Shown here: positions 22,367 to 34,932 of the stretch, piece after piece
Position numbering within the stretch: the stretch's first letter is position 1
Layout of the letters: every line of letters begins with the position of its first letter
Assembly: GCF_004010195.1 (NCBI RefSeq)
Contig: NC_057720.1
Span: forward strand, 25,437,611-25,501,610
Direction: 5' to 3'
Origin: Chiloscyllium plagiosum
Lineage: Eukaryota
DNA length: 64,000 bases
Notes under the pieces: generated by a model
What the model was told of the DNA's origin: nothing
The model's input: only the letters and a program-made list of their open reading frames with translations
Database searches by the model: none
Made by a program: the position numbers and the translations under genes

Positions 22367-24837
22367 CTCCTGTTCCCTGGATGCTGCCTGACCTGCTGTG
22401 CTGTTCCAGCAATAAAGTTTCAACACTGCTCAAGGTAGTTGTCAGGATCAACTTAACTAAGGGCTGCACTCGTGTGGAGCAGTGCAAGTGTCTCCACCTA
22501 GAGGTTAGAATTATAATTAGGCATGTTGTCACGTCTACTCAAGTACATGAGTACAGTGAAAAGTGTACAAAGTCATCATTTCCAGTGTATCACAACATGC
22601 CTCAACAGGTGTTTTTTTTAAAAAAAGGGTCCTGAACCTATTTATCACCGACTTGATTGCTCGTTCACATCTCAGGCCAGCTGGACAGATTGTTGTTGCG
22701 TATGTTTCACTACGTTGAACTTAAGCCACTCCATGGGACCACGCCTCACCTTTGAAGACATTATAGTTTAAAGCCAGAAGAATTGGTATGCTGTTTGCTT
22801 GTATACAGGTCACTGGATAGCAATCAGAATCAAAGTTGGGCCCTGGTCAATTCTCCTCAGGCTACTAAGGGTAATGGCAACAGTCCTGCTGTTATTTCAA
22901 ATCCCACAGAACATGCTGAAGTCCAAAAACAAGACTTTTTAAAATCTGTTTGGCACAATCTCTGGCTGGGTAAACTTGGTGAGCCGCCAGGGAGTCTCAT
23001 AACTGCTGCAGGCACATTCTGCAGCTGAAACAATCAAAATTCCATTACATTCTGATAAGGTCAGCTCTCAATGTTTGCTGCAGATTTAGAGAGTTGACTA
23101 AAGTGGAAGGTTTCTCACTATAATGGGAATGCAAGCCACGGTTAAGGAGTTCAGTGATCACCAGCTTCCCTCAGCTGCAGCTCAGGTCTGGAAAAGGGCC
23201 GACAACAACGTGACATTCTGCTGCGGCTAAGTGCCGTGTCTTGATTCTGATTATAGAGAACGAGGTGGGTCTTCTCACAAACCTGATGAGCTAATGGACA
23301 GAGCAATGAAAGGACTGATTAGAAGTGAATTTTGTACTCAGTTTGAGTTTGATTTTAAATTACTACCTCTTTCACTTCTGTGACTGATTTGATGTAAACG
23401 ACAGTGCAGTTCAGACATGCTAAATGTTTTCTTTTATGGAAAAGTTAGATTAACTGTTCAAAGTCCTTACCATCCATGATAGTGGCAAACTAATGGAACG
23501 CATACCGCATCTTTAAAAAATTGAAAGCAATTTGAGGAAATAATAAACAAATAACATTACAAATTTTATTCTTGGACTAAGTAAGGACACCTTATGGTGA
23601 GATCCTTAAAACACAATGTTATTTAAGGTTGTGATGTCTGTAAAGAGCCAGGAATTAATTAACCAGGAACCACAAGTATGAATAAATATTCCAGCGAGGA
23701 ACATTCATGGCTAGGCTGAGAGTCAGATCTTTTGTGGAACATAGCCACAGCTCTGGAAGTCTTCCACCAAACTACATGGCAAGTTAGAAGTAAACAAAAG
23801 AACTTTAATCTTTCCAAACTTATAGTGTGGTTATTCTAAATGCCAGGGAAACTAAAGAAAATCAGAACACATTACACATAGCTGTCACATTGGGCTGCTT
23901 AACTCATAAGGACACTGCTGGCCCAAAAGCAGATATGTGTAGCTTCCGTTGATACATGAATCAAATTGCTTTCAATGGCTTATTCTAAAGACAGTACAGA
24001 TTTCAATATGAAATATAACATCCAACTACAACATGTTTGTCACATTGGTCTTTTTACACAAAATGTTAATGGACATGAGGAAGAAAATGAAGACAGTTTA
24101 GAGGGGGAGACCACTAGCATGATTTGATGTTAGGAAGCTTTTGCAAATTTTCACAAATTGGCTACATAATTATGCTACAAAAATACTTGACAGCGACTGT
24201 AATGTGCTTCTGTGCATCCCAAGGCCATGAAAAGTGTTATATCGGTGCAAACCTTTTCTTTATTCTTTCTTCATGAAGTGAGGGAGTGATAAAGTATCCA
24301 TGTTATTTACTTAATATTTATTTTGTTTCAGTCACAAGGATTTAATAAATATTCCCTACATGAACACATGCATTGGCTTGAACGTGAAGCCAATTGATGG
24401 TGATTGCAATCATTAAAATCACAGTTCTGGAAACCATGTTGAATATTATTGGTCACCAAAAATACCAACTAATTAGTTTGGATGTTTGCCATGGAAGATG
24501 TTTTATTTTGTTGGTTCTGTAATTAATAACAAGAATGAAGAAATAGACTTGCATTGTTTTTGCAGCAATGCTACCATGCAGCCTTACAATTAACCAATGT
24601 TAAAAGTCACCATAATGGAGCGCTGTTTACAGGTAAAAGAGCTTAATTGTTCTTTGGGTGTAGAGGCAGTTTGTTTATAGATATTGTGAGGTAATTAATG
24701 TCAACTTGATTTCATGAAAAAAAATCATATGTGTTCTTTGAGAATGTTCCAAGCAGGTTAAAAGGAAGCCAATATATATGGATTGAAATACAACTATGGA
24801 TAAATGTCCTCCTAGTCTGCCAGATTCATGTGACAGG

Positions 24838-24987
24838 GCAAAAGTGAGGACCGCAGGTGCTGGAGATCAGAATCTAGATTAGAGTGATGCATTCATGATG
24901 AAGGGCTTTTGCCCGAAATGTCGATTTTTCTGCTCCTCGGATGCTGCCTGACCTGCTGTGCTTTTCCAGATCACTCTAATCTAGACC
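24838..24987. mobile_element. Mini inverted PLE family A unit with degenerate hammerhead (24891-24926)
   Basis: TCTAGATTAGAGTGAT ... ATCACTCTAATCTAGA inverted ends around ATGATGAAGGGCTTTTGCCCGAAA. Confidence 0.8.
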
Positions 24988-25059
24988 ATATTCATGTGAC
25001 ATTAGACATGAGGCACACATTCCAAGCAGCTATCTTAGGAAACATTTCAATAAAGATCA

Positions 25060-25360
25060 GGGGCTCAGTGGTTAGCACGGCTACCTCACAGCACCAGGGC
25101 CCCAGGTTTGATTCTGGCCTCGGGAGACTGTCTGTGTGGAATTTGCACAGTCTCCCTGTGTCTGCATGGGTTTCCTCCGGGTGCTCCGGTTTCCTCCCAC
25201 AGTCCAAAATATGTGCAGGTCAGGTGAATTGGCCATGCTAAATTGCCCATAGTGGTAGGTGCATTAGTCAGAGGGAACTGAGTCTGGGTGGGTTACTCTT
25301 CGGAGGATGAGTGTGGACTTGTTGGGCCGAAGGGCCTGTTTCCACACTGTAGGGAATAAT
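25060..25360 (+). mobile_element. HE1 V-SINE
   Basis: Same head, V-domain and tail as 17202-17522. Confidence 0.92.
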
Positions 25361-25817
25361 CATTACTAAGTACAGAACATGGTGCCAAAAGTGAAATTGG
25401 GATTGAGTGTTGTAAAGGTGTAAAAAAGCATAGCTATGGCATGGAGACACAAGGGCATTCACACGTATGAATACTGCTAACAGGCAACTGAATAAAAAAC
25501 AGAGGAGCAGTCCACAGCTGCAACACTCGGCAAGAAAGGATGGCTCCAACATTTCTTCTCCCAGTTCCAGTCAAAACAAAAGTTGATATGAAGCAAAAGT
25601 AGTCGTCTTTCACACTCAGTGGCAAAATTACAAAATAACAACAGGTCATTGTTATGCACTACCACTTTTATCTCTGTTGGGAAGGGATTCGTTCCAAGTG
25701 TATTTCACCCTGAATCTCTATAACAACAAAAACAAAGACCTCAGATATTTTGGACGCCTTGAAGAGACATTTTGAATTCCAAGTGCATATAAGTTATAAA
25801 TAGTAGATGTTTGAAAT

Positions 25818-25949
25818 TAGGGGAAAGTGAGGACTGCAGATGCTGGAGATCAAGGTTGAAAAGCGTAGTGCTAGGAAAGCACAGCAGGTCAGGCAGCATC
25901 TGAGGAGCAGGGGACTCAGCGTTTCGGGCATAAGCCCTTCATCAGAAGT
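25818..25949 (-). mobile_element. PLE family A terminus with hammerhead-like motif (25914-25949)
   Basis: Minus strand CTGATGA A GGGC TTAT GCCC GAA ACGC, then GATGCTGCCTGACCTGCTGTGC. Confidence 0.85.
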
Positions 25950-26464
25950 GGCTTGTTCAAAATTAGGGCCCAAGGTGAAAGAGTCCATTAATGAATGTGT
26001 GATTTGAAGTACAGTTGGCAAAACTCAGCGAATCTGTACAACTCAAGAATAATCTAATTAAAGATAAGATTTTAAAGAGATCCTGCAGTGAGACCACCTC
26101 TACTGAGAGAGGAGAAGCTCATTTTCAGGGAAGCAATTGAAGTGTTAAAGTGCTGAGATTATAGATTAGCAGCTGGAACATATTCATAACAGAACAAACC
26201 AGGTCTTGCTTTATGTGAATTAATACTCCCCACCCCAAATAACAATCATGGAGAAAGGCAGGGTATATATACTTGGAGGGCATCATGCAAAGGAGGAGAA
26301 AATTGGGAACATTGGGAAAGAAGTGCCCTCACTGCAAGAAACTGAATGATTTTGCACACAAGCACATGCTTAGAAAGAAAGACAAGGAAGTACAGATGGC
26401 CACTGGAGACAGATCAGCTGAAGGTTTTGATGAATAATGCAATGAAGCAATAAATTGAATCAGA

Positions 26465-26850
26465 GTGGTTGACTTCACCAGTTTCCTCATTTCCTCTCCT
26501 CCCCACCTTACCCCAGTTCCAACCTTCCAGCTCAGCACCATCCTCATGACCTGTCCTATCTCCCAATCTTTCCTCCCACCTATCCGTTCCACTCTCCTCT
26601 CTGACCTATCACCTTCACCCCACCTCCATCCACCTATTGTACCCTTTGCTACCTTCCCCCCCACCTCCAACCTCCCCTCCCATTTATCTCTCCACCCTGG
26701 AGGCTCCCTGCCTTCATTCCTGATGAAGGGCCTTTGCCCAATATGTTGATTTTCCTGCTCCTTGGATGCTGCCTGACCTGCTGAGCTTTTCCAGCACCAC
26801 TCTAATGTAAACTCCGATTTCCAGCATCTGCAGTCCTCACTTTTGCCTAA
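26465..26850 (+). mobile_element. PLE family A 3' end with degenerate hammerhead
   Basis: Homologous to 62535-62832. Confidence 0.85.
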
Positions 26851-27175
26851 TAAGTCAGGTTGATAAGTGATATATGAGAGGTGACAATGGGTGACTGCTG
26901 GAATGATGACTGCAGAAAGGAATACCAAATCAATGTAAAAATGGACACAAGTGCGTCATGTTATGTCATGATGTGTATGAAGCGGCACAACATGATATCA
27001 TATAAATTAGGTCCTTGAAAGTAAGTTTGAGACAAACAATGGCAATATTTGTGCCATGGAGATAGATTATACTGGTACCCCAGTGCCCTAACATGAGTGA
27101 AGATCTGGAGTTCCAGATCACAACAGCAAGTAAAACCCACTTATTTCAGTTGCATCAAGCATAAAGATTGAACTA

Positions 27176-27825
27176 GAATCATAGAAACCAGGAACAGAAG
27201 TAGGCTATTCTGTCCTTTGAGCCTGCTCTGCCGTTAATATGATCATGTTTAGATTCCCTACAGTGTGGAAACAGGCCCTTCGGCCCAACAGGTTCAAACC
27301 GATCCTCTGAAGAGTAACCCACTCAGACCCATTTCACTCTGACTTATGCACCTAACACCATGGACAATTTAGCATGGCCAATTCACCTAACCTGCACATC
27401 TTTGGACTGTGGGAGGAAACCGGAGCACCCGGAGGAAACCCACGCGGACCGGGGAGAATGTGCAAACTCCACACAGTCGCCCGAACCCGGGTCCCTGGTG
27501 CTGTGAGGCAGCAGTGCTAACTCTGAGTGCCACGTTCTCGCATTTTCCCCATACTTCTTGATGCCTTTAAAATCCCAACAATTGAGGGCAATTGGTCTGT
27601 TGGCCCACACCCTTCTTTGCTAGAGAATTACAGTTCACTACATTTTTTTCCTCAACTCAGACCTAAATGACCTACCCTGCATCCTGAGACTGTCCCCGAT
27701 TCTAAACTCCCCAACCAAAGAAAACATCAATCCTGCATCTAGTCTGTCCAACCCTGTTAGAATTTTAGATGTTTCAATCAGATTCCCCCTCATTCTTCTA
27801 AACTTGTGTGAGCATAAGCCCAGTA
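27176..27825 (-). mobile_element. CR1 3' fragment with an HE1 SINE inserted at ~27250-27535 (-)
   Basis: AGAATCATAGAAACCAGGAACAGAAGTAGGC tail; reverse-complement V-domain GGAGGAAACCGGAGCACCCGGAGGAAACCCACGC. Confidence 0.85.
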
Positions 27826-29019
27826 TCTGCCGAGAAATGTTTCAACTGCCCTCAACTCCAGCCTGAAAGATAAGATAGAAGTGCTGGAAAATAAGAAAGA
27901 AGGCATTTTCTGACCATAATAAAAATCTAGTGCAACTGCTAGACAGAGTTATGCAGATGATCTTAAGGCTGAACAAGTATGGTTACAATTAAAGATGTCC
28001 ATTCTCAAGTACATAGGCCGCATACTGACAGTTAAAAAGTCTTTATCCAGATCCTGAATAGATGAAACCTGTAACAGAGATGCAATAGATATAAAAGCAA
28101 TCCAATGATTCGATAGATTTGTCAACTGTTTAGCAAAATTTTCACTCGATTTGTTGTTGGCATGTGAACCTTTATGTCAACTCACGGCCAAGGATGTGCG
28201 GTATTTTAGGGACACAGAACGCGTAGCAACATTCACTTAAATGTAAGAAGGAATGAAAGCAACACCAATGCTGAAATCTTAAGATGTAACTCATGAAGAC
28301 ACTTTTCACTGTGACATCAGTGAGACTTGGAGCAACCAAGCCGCTGATGCTAGGATCCTTTACTGAGAGCACAAAATGTACAAGGGAAGTGTTAAGGCAG
28401 AAGGATTTGGAAGATGGATAAGACAAGTCTTAAGACACACTGAAGACAGGTATGTTGTCATTGATTTCAACATCTCTTGTCTCCTCCTGCTGGAGCTCTG
28501 CTGCTGACTCTGCTACTCAGGATACCTCTGAATCCTGTCATTTCCTTTCTGCCCTTCTGCTATTTTAAAGACATTCCTGAGAATCGCAATGCAAATCCAT
28601 TCACAATCCCTTTTATCATTATTCAACCTGCCATAATTACTTCAAAATCTCAGTAACACCAATCTGTCAACAACATATTTACTGAATACTTGTTTCTGTC
28701 AACTTAATTTTTCCCATTACTGTGTTCTTGCTTTTTAACAGTCTTTCTTTTGTGTGGGGTATGTGTGTGTTTCAGCTAAACAGTTCTCCTGAGACAGGAA
28801 AGAGAAAAGGAAGATGATAGTTACATATCCCAAGGTGGATCTTGTGTTTATACAACAGATGATGTAGCTTTGGGCTGAATCCCATCTGCTGTTAAGGGTT
28901 CAGTCTGGCCTTATCTGTCTACAGGCTCCTGTGATACCAATACAGTGTTCGGTAGTGACAGGGCTGGGGGAGTTGGGTGCATGGATAGAGATGGAAATGA
29001 AGCCATTTGGGACTGAACA

Positions 29020-29365
29020 TTATACCTTCAAGGACTTAGGCACATAATTTAAGCTGACAGGTCAATGCCATACTGTATGAGCAGAGGTGATGCCTTTCTG
29101 ATGAGGCATTTAATCAATGACTTGTCTTCTCAGATGGATGTAATAGATCTCATGACATGATACAAACAAGAGCAGGGGAGTTCTCCCCAGAGATGTAGCC
29201 AATATTTGCCTTCAACAAATATCACTAAAGCAGAGTTACTTGAAATAAATTGGCTGCTGCATTTCCTAAATTACGTCAGTGGCTACACTTTGGAAGTATT
29301 TCGTTGGCTCTGAAGTGCTTTGAGATACCTTGAGATTGTGAAAGATATTATATAAATTAAAGCCT
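29020..29365 (+). mobile_element. Deu-domain SINE (SacSINE1/AmnSINE1-like)
   Basis: GAGGTGATGCCTTTCTGATGAG..CTCAGATGGATGTAATAGATCTCATG..AAGAGCAGGGGAGTTCTCCCC..GCCAATATTT..AAATTGGCTGCTGCATTTCCTA. Weaker copies near 24110-24255 and 30050-30150. Confidence 0.75.
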
Positions 29366-29689
29366 CTCTCTCTTGACCAGGAAAGAGCCACAAGGTCAAT
29401 GGTATGATGCTGGAGGGTGTATATAATTAGGTTTTCTTTGTGTCATCTTTTCTCAGTTGGCAGCATTCATTGTGTGTTCAAGAATTTCTCCAGACCTTCA
29501 GGAGCAAATCAAGGCTGACAATTTTGTGCAGCATTGATGGCATTATTGCTACATTACTTGTGGTGATGAGTACGTATTATTTGCGGTGGTGAGTAAAACT
29601 TGATTATTGAATGATTCAAAAGGATTGGGGGTTAAGTGCGTCTTGGCAGTAATGTGTACCATCTGCAGAACGCACTCAGCATTCTTTGA

Positions 29690-29985
29690 TACATTTGTCC
29701 TCTCTATCATCCAAAGGATAAGGGTGGTTGATGTATCAGAGCACCACTACTTCTTGTCAAACTCCTGCCAAAGCTGCATAGCTTCCTGACATGGACCAAC
29801 ATTACTGTCTCTACACCATTATTTGTCAGCATCTTGGAAATCCCTACTCAATAACATTGGGGTTACCTTCACTACATGTGTCACAGTTCTTCAAGAGGCA
29901 GCTGATGGCACTGTTTCTTGAGGGTAACTAGGGATGGATAATACATGCTGACATCACTTAAGTGGCCATTTTCCCATGAATGATA
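29690..29985 (+). mobile_element. CR1/L2-group LINE 3' tail relic
   Basis: TTCAAGAGGCAGCT..GGGTAACTAGGGATGG..CCCATGAATGA, as at 55375-55475. Confidence 0.65.
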
Positions 29986-32520
29986 AAGTTAAGAAATGAT
30001 CCCAGAGCACAACTGACAAGATTTGAATTTTATTGACATTCTAACCAGCACTGTTTTCTCAACCGATATCAGCAAAAACAAATTGATTTTTTTACCCATC
30101 ATTTGTGGAATTTTGCTGCATGCAAAATTACATTTGCTATAAAACTATGACAGTTATATTGCCTTGTCTGGAAAGGATCTTGAACCATTGTTGAGTCCCC
30201 TAAATCTTTCTTTATTTCATTTACACAGTTTTCATAATTCTTTGAGTACACGTAGTTCAATCAGCTGCATGTTGATATACAGTTATTTCATTCAGAAACT
30301 TGTATTAAAATTTCCAATCTTTTCTGTTGAATATTCAGTCTGCATGAGTTGCCTACAGGATGCACCCAGTATTTGTACAGACTTTTGGATTCTCAACCTT
30401 CACCCTCAGTTGTCCAACCTCCCAAGGGCAAGGCTGGTCATCTTGAAACAGAAATGGGAGAGACAACCATAACAGCAGCAGCAGAGCAAAGAATGTTCTG
30501 AGAAACGGCAAAGGCTGCTTACTGATTGTGCATCTCCTTTGTGCAAGCCAGCAACAGTTAGTGCAGCAGGCAATAATCAGAAGTATTGCCGCTAACTTTT
30601 CTCGACATAAAGGTCTCTTTAAATCGCACATAAATGATGTCCTGAATTGGATCGTCCTTGAGTGGTTAGGTTCAGTGAGATATCAGTCATTGATTGGAAA
30701 ATGCCTACACTGAGAAAGTAAAAGTCTTATTGCAGCTGTGATCAGTCATAATTTTGGCTGACAAATTTTGCAGACTCAGCAGTTGCCTGTTGGGAATAGA
30801 CAGCAATTCATAATCAGAATTGAATGATACAGACCTGTCCCACTGTAAATGACTGAGCAGCAAAGTGACCGTGTTTTAGCTCATAACTCAGCCATAATGA
30901 GGACTGTTGCAGCAAACAGTTGATATTGGGGTCAATTTTCACTCAGTGTTAGTGGGATGGTAAAGGGTCCACTGGATGGGGTAGGCATCCTTTATACTGC
31001 TAGAGTGCCTAGCTCCAGATGACCTATGTGTTTCAGGTGATGTACCTCTTCGAATATGCAATTTGGGTTTGATAATATAAGCAGAACAGCCATTGTCGTT
31101 TTAAGTACAAATTATCTGCATCCTACGCCACACTGGCTTTGCCCAGTTCCATGTACGAAAGAAGGGAAACAGCCCAACAAAGGCAAGTATTTGAATTATT
31201 TTCATGATCATTTGCAAAGATGGGCTGTTTCTCTGGGAATATTAAAGAGAAATATGGGCCATTGCTTCAATCACAAGTCCAGCTTTTTTGCTCACTTTCT
31301 GATTCCAGAAAATGGGTGGGAAATTTTATCTGAAACTTAAGATTGGATCCCAAAGATTTATGTGATGTTTTTAAAAATTATACATATATGTATGAATCCC
31401 ACATATGCTTTCCTTCTGAATCAAATTCAGTCTGATAATCATCCTAACCCCAGTGCCATTTCTTGGTAATCTATGATAATGCCAGTATCATTCTGACTGT
31501 AGTATCTGCAATGCTTGGCTCTCCTTTCTCAGTTATGACAATGAATATAATCTGTCCCCCACAGGTTAAATTCTTGTCTTTCAGTTCACATATATTTATG
31601 GTAATATATTTCTGTCTATCAGGTGTGCACCCAATTTTGATAAAATAGGGTGTTGTACAACACAGTTGCCTTTTGAATGAAGCTCAAAAACATATGCTCC
31701 TAATTTGTTGAATGTCACCATTTCTGACCTTGCTGTTGAGAGACAGTGTTCCATCATGGAGAAATCAACCTGAATCAGCCTCAAACTGCAGAGACAGACT
31801 GAATATGCTGAAGATGCATAATTCAACACAGTGACAGATGCACCAGGTTAGCCAGCATTCAATCAGGGCAGCATTCTCCTGCAGTGCTGCTTGTCATTGA
31901 ATTTGTGTTTCTGCTGTGGAACTAATAACAAAGCTCAGCCATTTTTTGCAGTGTTTCTGTTGTGAGTGGAAGCAGAACTTGCTGGAAACAGCCCACCTTG
32001 TTGTGAAAGCTGAGCATAGTGGAAAGAAATAGAATAAGTTGGAGCAAAAACTTGGATGGGTTTGATTTCATTGCTTGTGATGTGAAATACAACAGTTATG
32101 TGTAAGATATATGATAAATCCCCCCTTAGTTAAGTGCTCCCAATTCTCAACTTGTCACAAGAAGCTCCCTGATCTGCCTAAATCAAGAAGGTCTTACAGT
32201 TTGGAAAACCCATGGGGAATTTTAGCATAGGGGAACACATGGTTTTAATATTGATCGGGTGGTAGTGTTGGCAAAAACCCCAGTGCGTGTGAAAACTCGT
32301 TCCAATCATTCACATTGAACTTGGGTGTTTGCAGCTGGTTGCACTCAATCTCACCAGGAGAAAGAGAATTACTTCTAAAATATACTTTTAAAATATTCTT
32401 ATTTGGAGTGATAGATCATTAGACTCTTAAAGTTAATGGTGAATTCATAGGTGTCTTGGCTTTCTGGAATGTGCCGTTAAAAGCAAGATGAGAATTATTG
32501 CAAACTCATTGTCATAATTG

Positions 32521-32830
32521 ATTAGATTCCTTACAGTATGGAAACAGGCCCTTGGTCCGCAAGTCCACACCACCCCTCCAAAGAGTAACCCACCCAGAAC
32601 CATTTGCCCCTGACTAATGCACCTAACACTATGAGCAATTTATCTTGGCCAATTCATCTAACCTGCACATCTTTGGATTGTGGGAGGGAACCCGAGCACC
32701 TAGAGGAACCCATGCAGACATCGGGAGAAGATGCAAACTCCACACAGACAGTTATCCAAGGCTGGAATCAAACTCAGGTCCCTGGTGCTGTGAGGCGGCG
32801 GTGCTAACCACTGAGCCACCGTGCCACCCA
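32521..32830 (-). mobile_element. HE1 V-SINE
   Basis: Reverse-complement HE1 ending GAGCCACCGTGCCACCC. Confidence 0.92.
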
Positions 32831-33153
32831 TAGATTGTGTAGAAGGTATTTCCTCAATGTGTTTCTGACCTAATAACATATATGTTTGCGTGTGTGTGTC
32901 TGTGCATGTCTGTGTTTGTGTTGTTAACCCTATTTTATTTAGTCAGTGACTCAATTTAAAAATAACCAGCAGCAAAGTTTTCATTTTCTGCCCTGTGTGA
33001 CTCTATGAAAACTTTCTGAAGTAGAAGTGATAAAGTTATTCATTATAATGCATGTATAAAGATTAAAAGTAGGTAAGGATAAAATACATTTATAAAGACA
33101 AAGAAAGCTCAGCCTCAAAGATCAATATAAGCCTTTGATTATGGTGTGTGAAG

Positions 33154-33419
33154 AGTTCAATTCCCGCCTCAGGCGACTCTCTGTGTGGAGTTTGCACATT
33201 CTCCCCGTGTCTGCGTGGGTTTCCTCCGGGTGCTCCGGTTTCCTCCCACAATCCAAAAATGTGCAGGTTAGGTGAATTGGCCATGCTAATTTGTCCGTAG
33301 TGTTAGGTGAAGGGGTAAATGTAGGAGTATGGGTCTGGGTGGTATACGCTTCGGCGGGTCGGTGTGAACTTGTTGGGCCGAAGGGCCTGTTTCCACACTG
33401 TAAGTAATCTAATCTAATC
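33154..33419 (+). mobile_element. HE1 V-SINE, 5'-truncated
   Basis: Starts at the B box GTTCAATTCCCGCC; V-domain; (TAATC)n tail. Confidence 0.93.
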
Positions 33420-34129
33420 AAGAGGTTGAAACAAGTTCAGCAGCTATGATAGCTTATGCAGTTGTATGATTAGTGATTGCCTTTTAGGTGGACTCAGCAG
33501 GTCAAACAGAGTTCAGTAGACGTAGAAGTTTCTTTTCCCTCCTATTTCTGCAGTTACGACACTGACAGATTGCCCAGATGCTTTTAGCAGAGGAACAGTT
33601 GATAGCTGGCGACATTGCTTTCTGCCACCTTTGGGCAAGAATCCTTTCTGATGATGTCTCTTTCTCGGTTTCTGCACCCAATAGCCATTCTCATCCAAGC
33701 TTTTTATCATTCAAGATTCAAAATGATTGCTTTGCAACTGCAATGAGTCAGTGTTCGGAAGAAAAGCAAGGAATTCGATCATACTGGAATGCCTTTGAAA
33801 TATCTTCCTGATTTTATTTTTGCCATTAATGCAGGAGCTATATTTTAGAAGATTAAATGGAACCCTTGCAGAAGTCTTGCATTTTAATGACTATGGGATC
33901 AGTTCTAGAGATGATAGTCTGACAAGTTTGAGCAAACACAGAATGGTATCATGCTGTCTGTCCATAGCTCAGTATTGAAAAAGGTCTTTAAACTCATTTG
34001 TATGTTTGACAGCAAAAACCCACTTTGTAAGACAGTCGTCCTGAAAAATGATCATTTTATAATTGCCCATTAGAGTTTCTGTTGTTAGAATACTGAACGA
34101 ACTCACAAAGTCTTAGCATTCTCCTGTAC

Positions 34130-34272
34130 CTGTGTTTTTGTTTTTCTGCTGTTTACCTATTATTTACTTATCTATGCTATTTAACTCTGTGATCTGCCCG
34201 GATTGCTCGCAAGAGGAAGCTTTTCACTGTACCTCAGTACACATGACAATAAATTCAATTCAATTCAATTCA
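34130..34272 (+). mobile_element. Rex1-type 3' tail
   Basis: CTTTTCACTGTACCTCAGTACACATGACAATAAATTCAATTCAATTC. Confidence 0.7.
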
Positions 34273-34724
34273 ACCTTTGCCCAAAAAGGAGTAATGTAGT
34301 GAATCGGTAGCTTCTCTGTTATGGAGAGGTCTACAGAATGGGGAACAACTTTCAGGAGACACTAACCATACATGAGCTATACAGAGCAAAGTTGAGCTTC
34401 CATAGCCTTATCTGCAATGCCGTGCTTCTCTGAAGGCTCAGGATGTCACGTCCATTGCTGAAATACACCGGCAGCCTATGATTAGAAGAAGATGTTCTGC
34501 TAATGTCTGGCAAAGTGACCAATCCTCACGCGCAGCCTTTTCTCCCCATTTGGTTACCCTCTGGACCAGAAAGTGCATCAAGTGGGGTGTGTTTCAAGTG
34601 AGGATCAGCTATTATTGTCCAACTTAAACCCATCACTAAAGACCTTCTTCCCTTGTTTCCAATTGCCAACTTCTCCGAAATTCAATTTTGGATTAGGCCT
34701 TGAGATCATGTCATGCTGATCTTC

Positions 34725-34932
34725 ATTGTTGAGAGTGTGGAGCTGGGAAAGCGCAGCGGGGCAGGCAGCATCTGAGGAGCAGGAGAATCGACATTTCAGG
34801 CATAAGCCCTGATGAAGGGCTTGGGCCCAAAACGTCACTTCTCCTGCTCCTCGGATGCTGCCTGACCTGCTGTGCTTTCCCAGCAATGCACTCTTGACTC
34901 TGATCTCCAGCATCTGCAGTCCTCAATTTCTC
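34725..34932. mobile_element. Head-to-head PLE family A palindrome centred on hammerhead sequences
   Basis: GGCAGCATCTGAGGAGCAGGAGAATCGACATTTCAGGCATAAGCCC-TGATGAAGGGC..CTCCTGCTCCTCGGATGCTGCC. Confidence 0.85.

Noticed and set aside
22810..22969. Possible + strand exon (SLDSNQNQSWALVNSP...)
   Set aside because: Weak splice sites, unrecognised peptide, no partner exons
26329..26928. 199-aa ORF, and the recurring peptides CCLTCCAFP, LEKHSRSGSI and DCGRKPEHPEETHADTGR
   Set aside because: Translations of non-coding PLE termini and HE1 SINEs repeated throughout the window
30358..33650. Acceptor-like sites at ~30358 and ~33553 followed by short open frames
   Set aside because: Peptides not recognised, no donors or consistent gene model; needs RNA-seq
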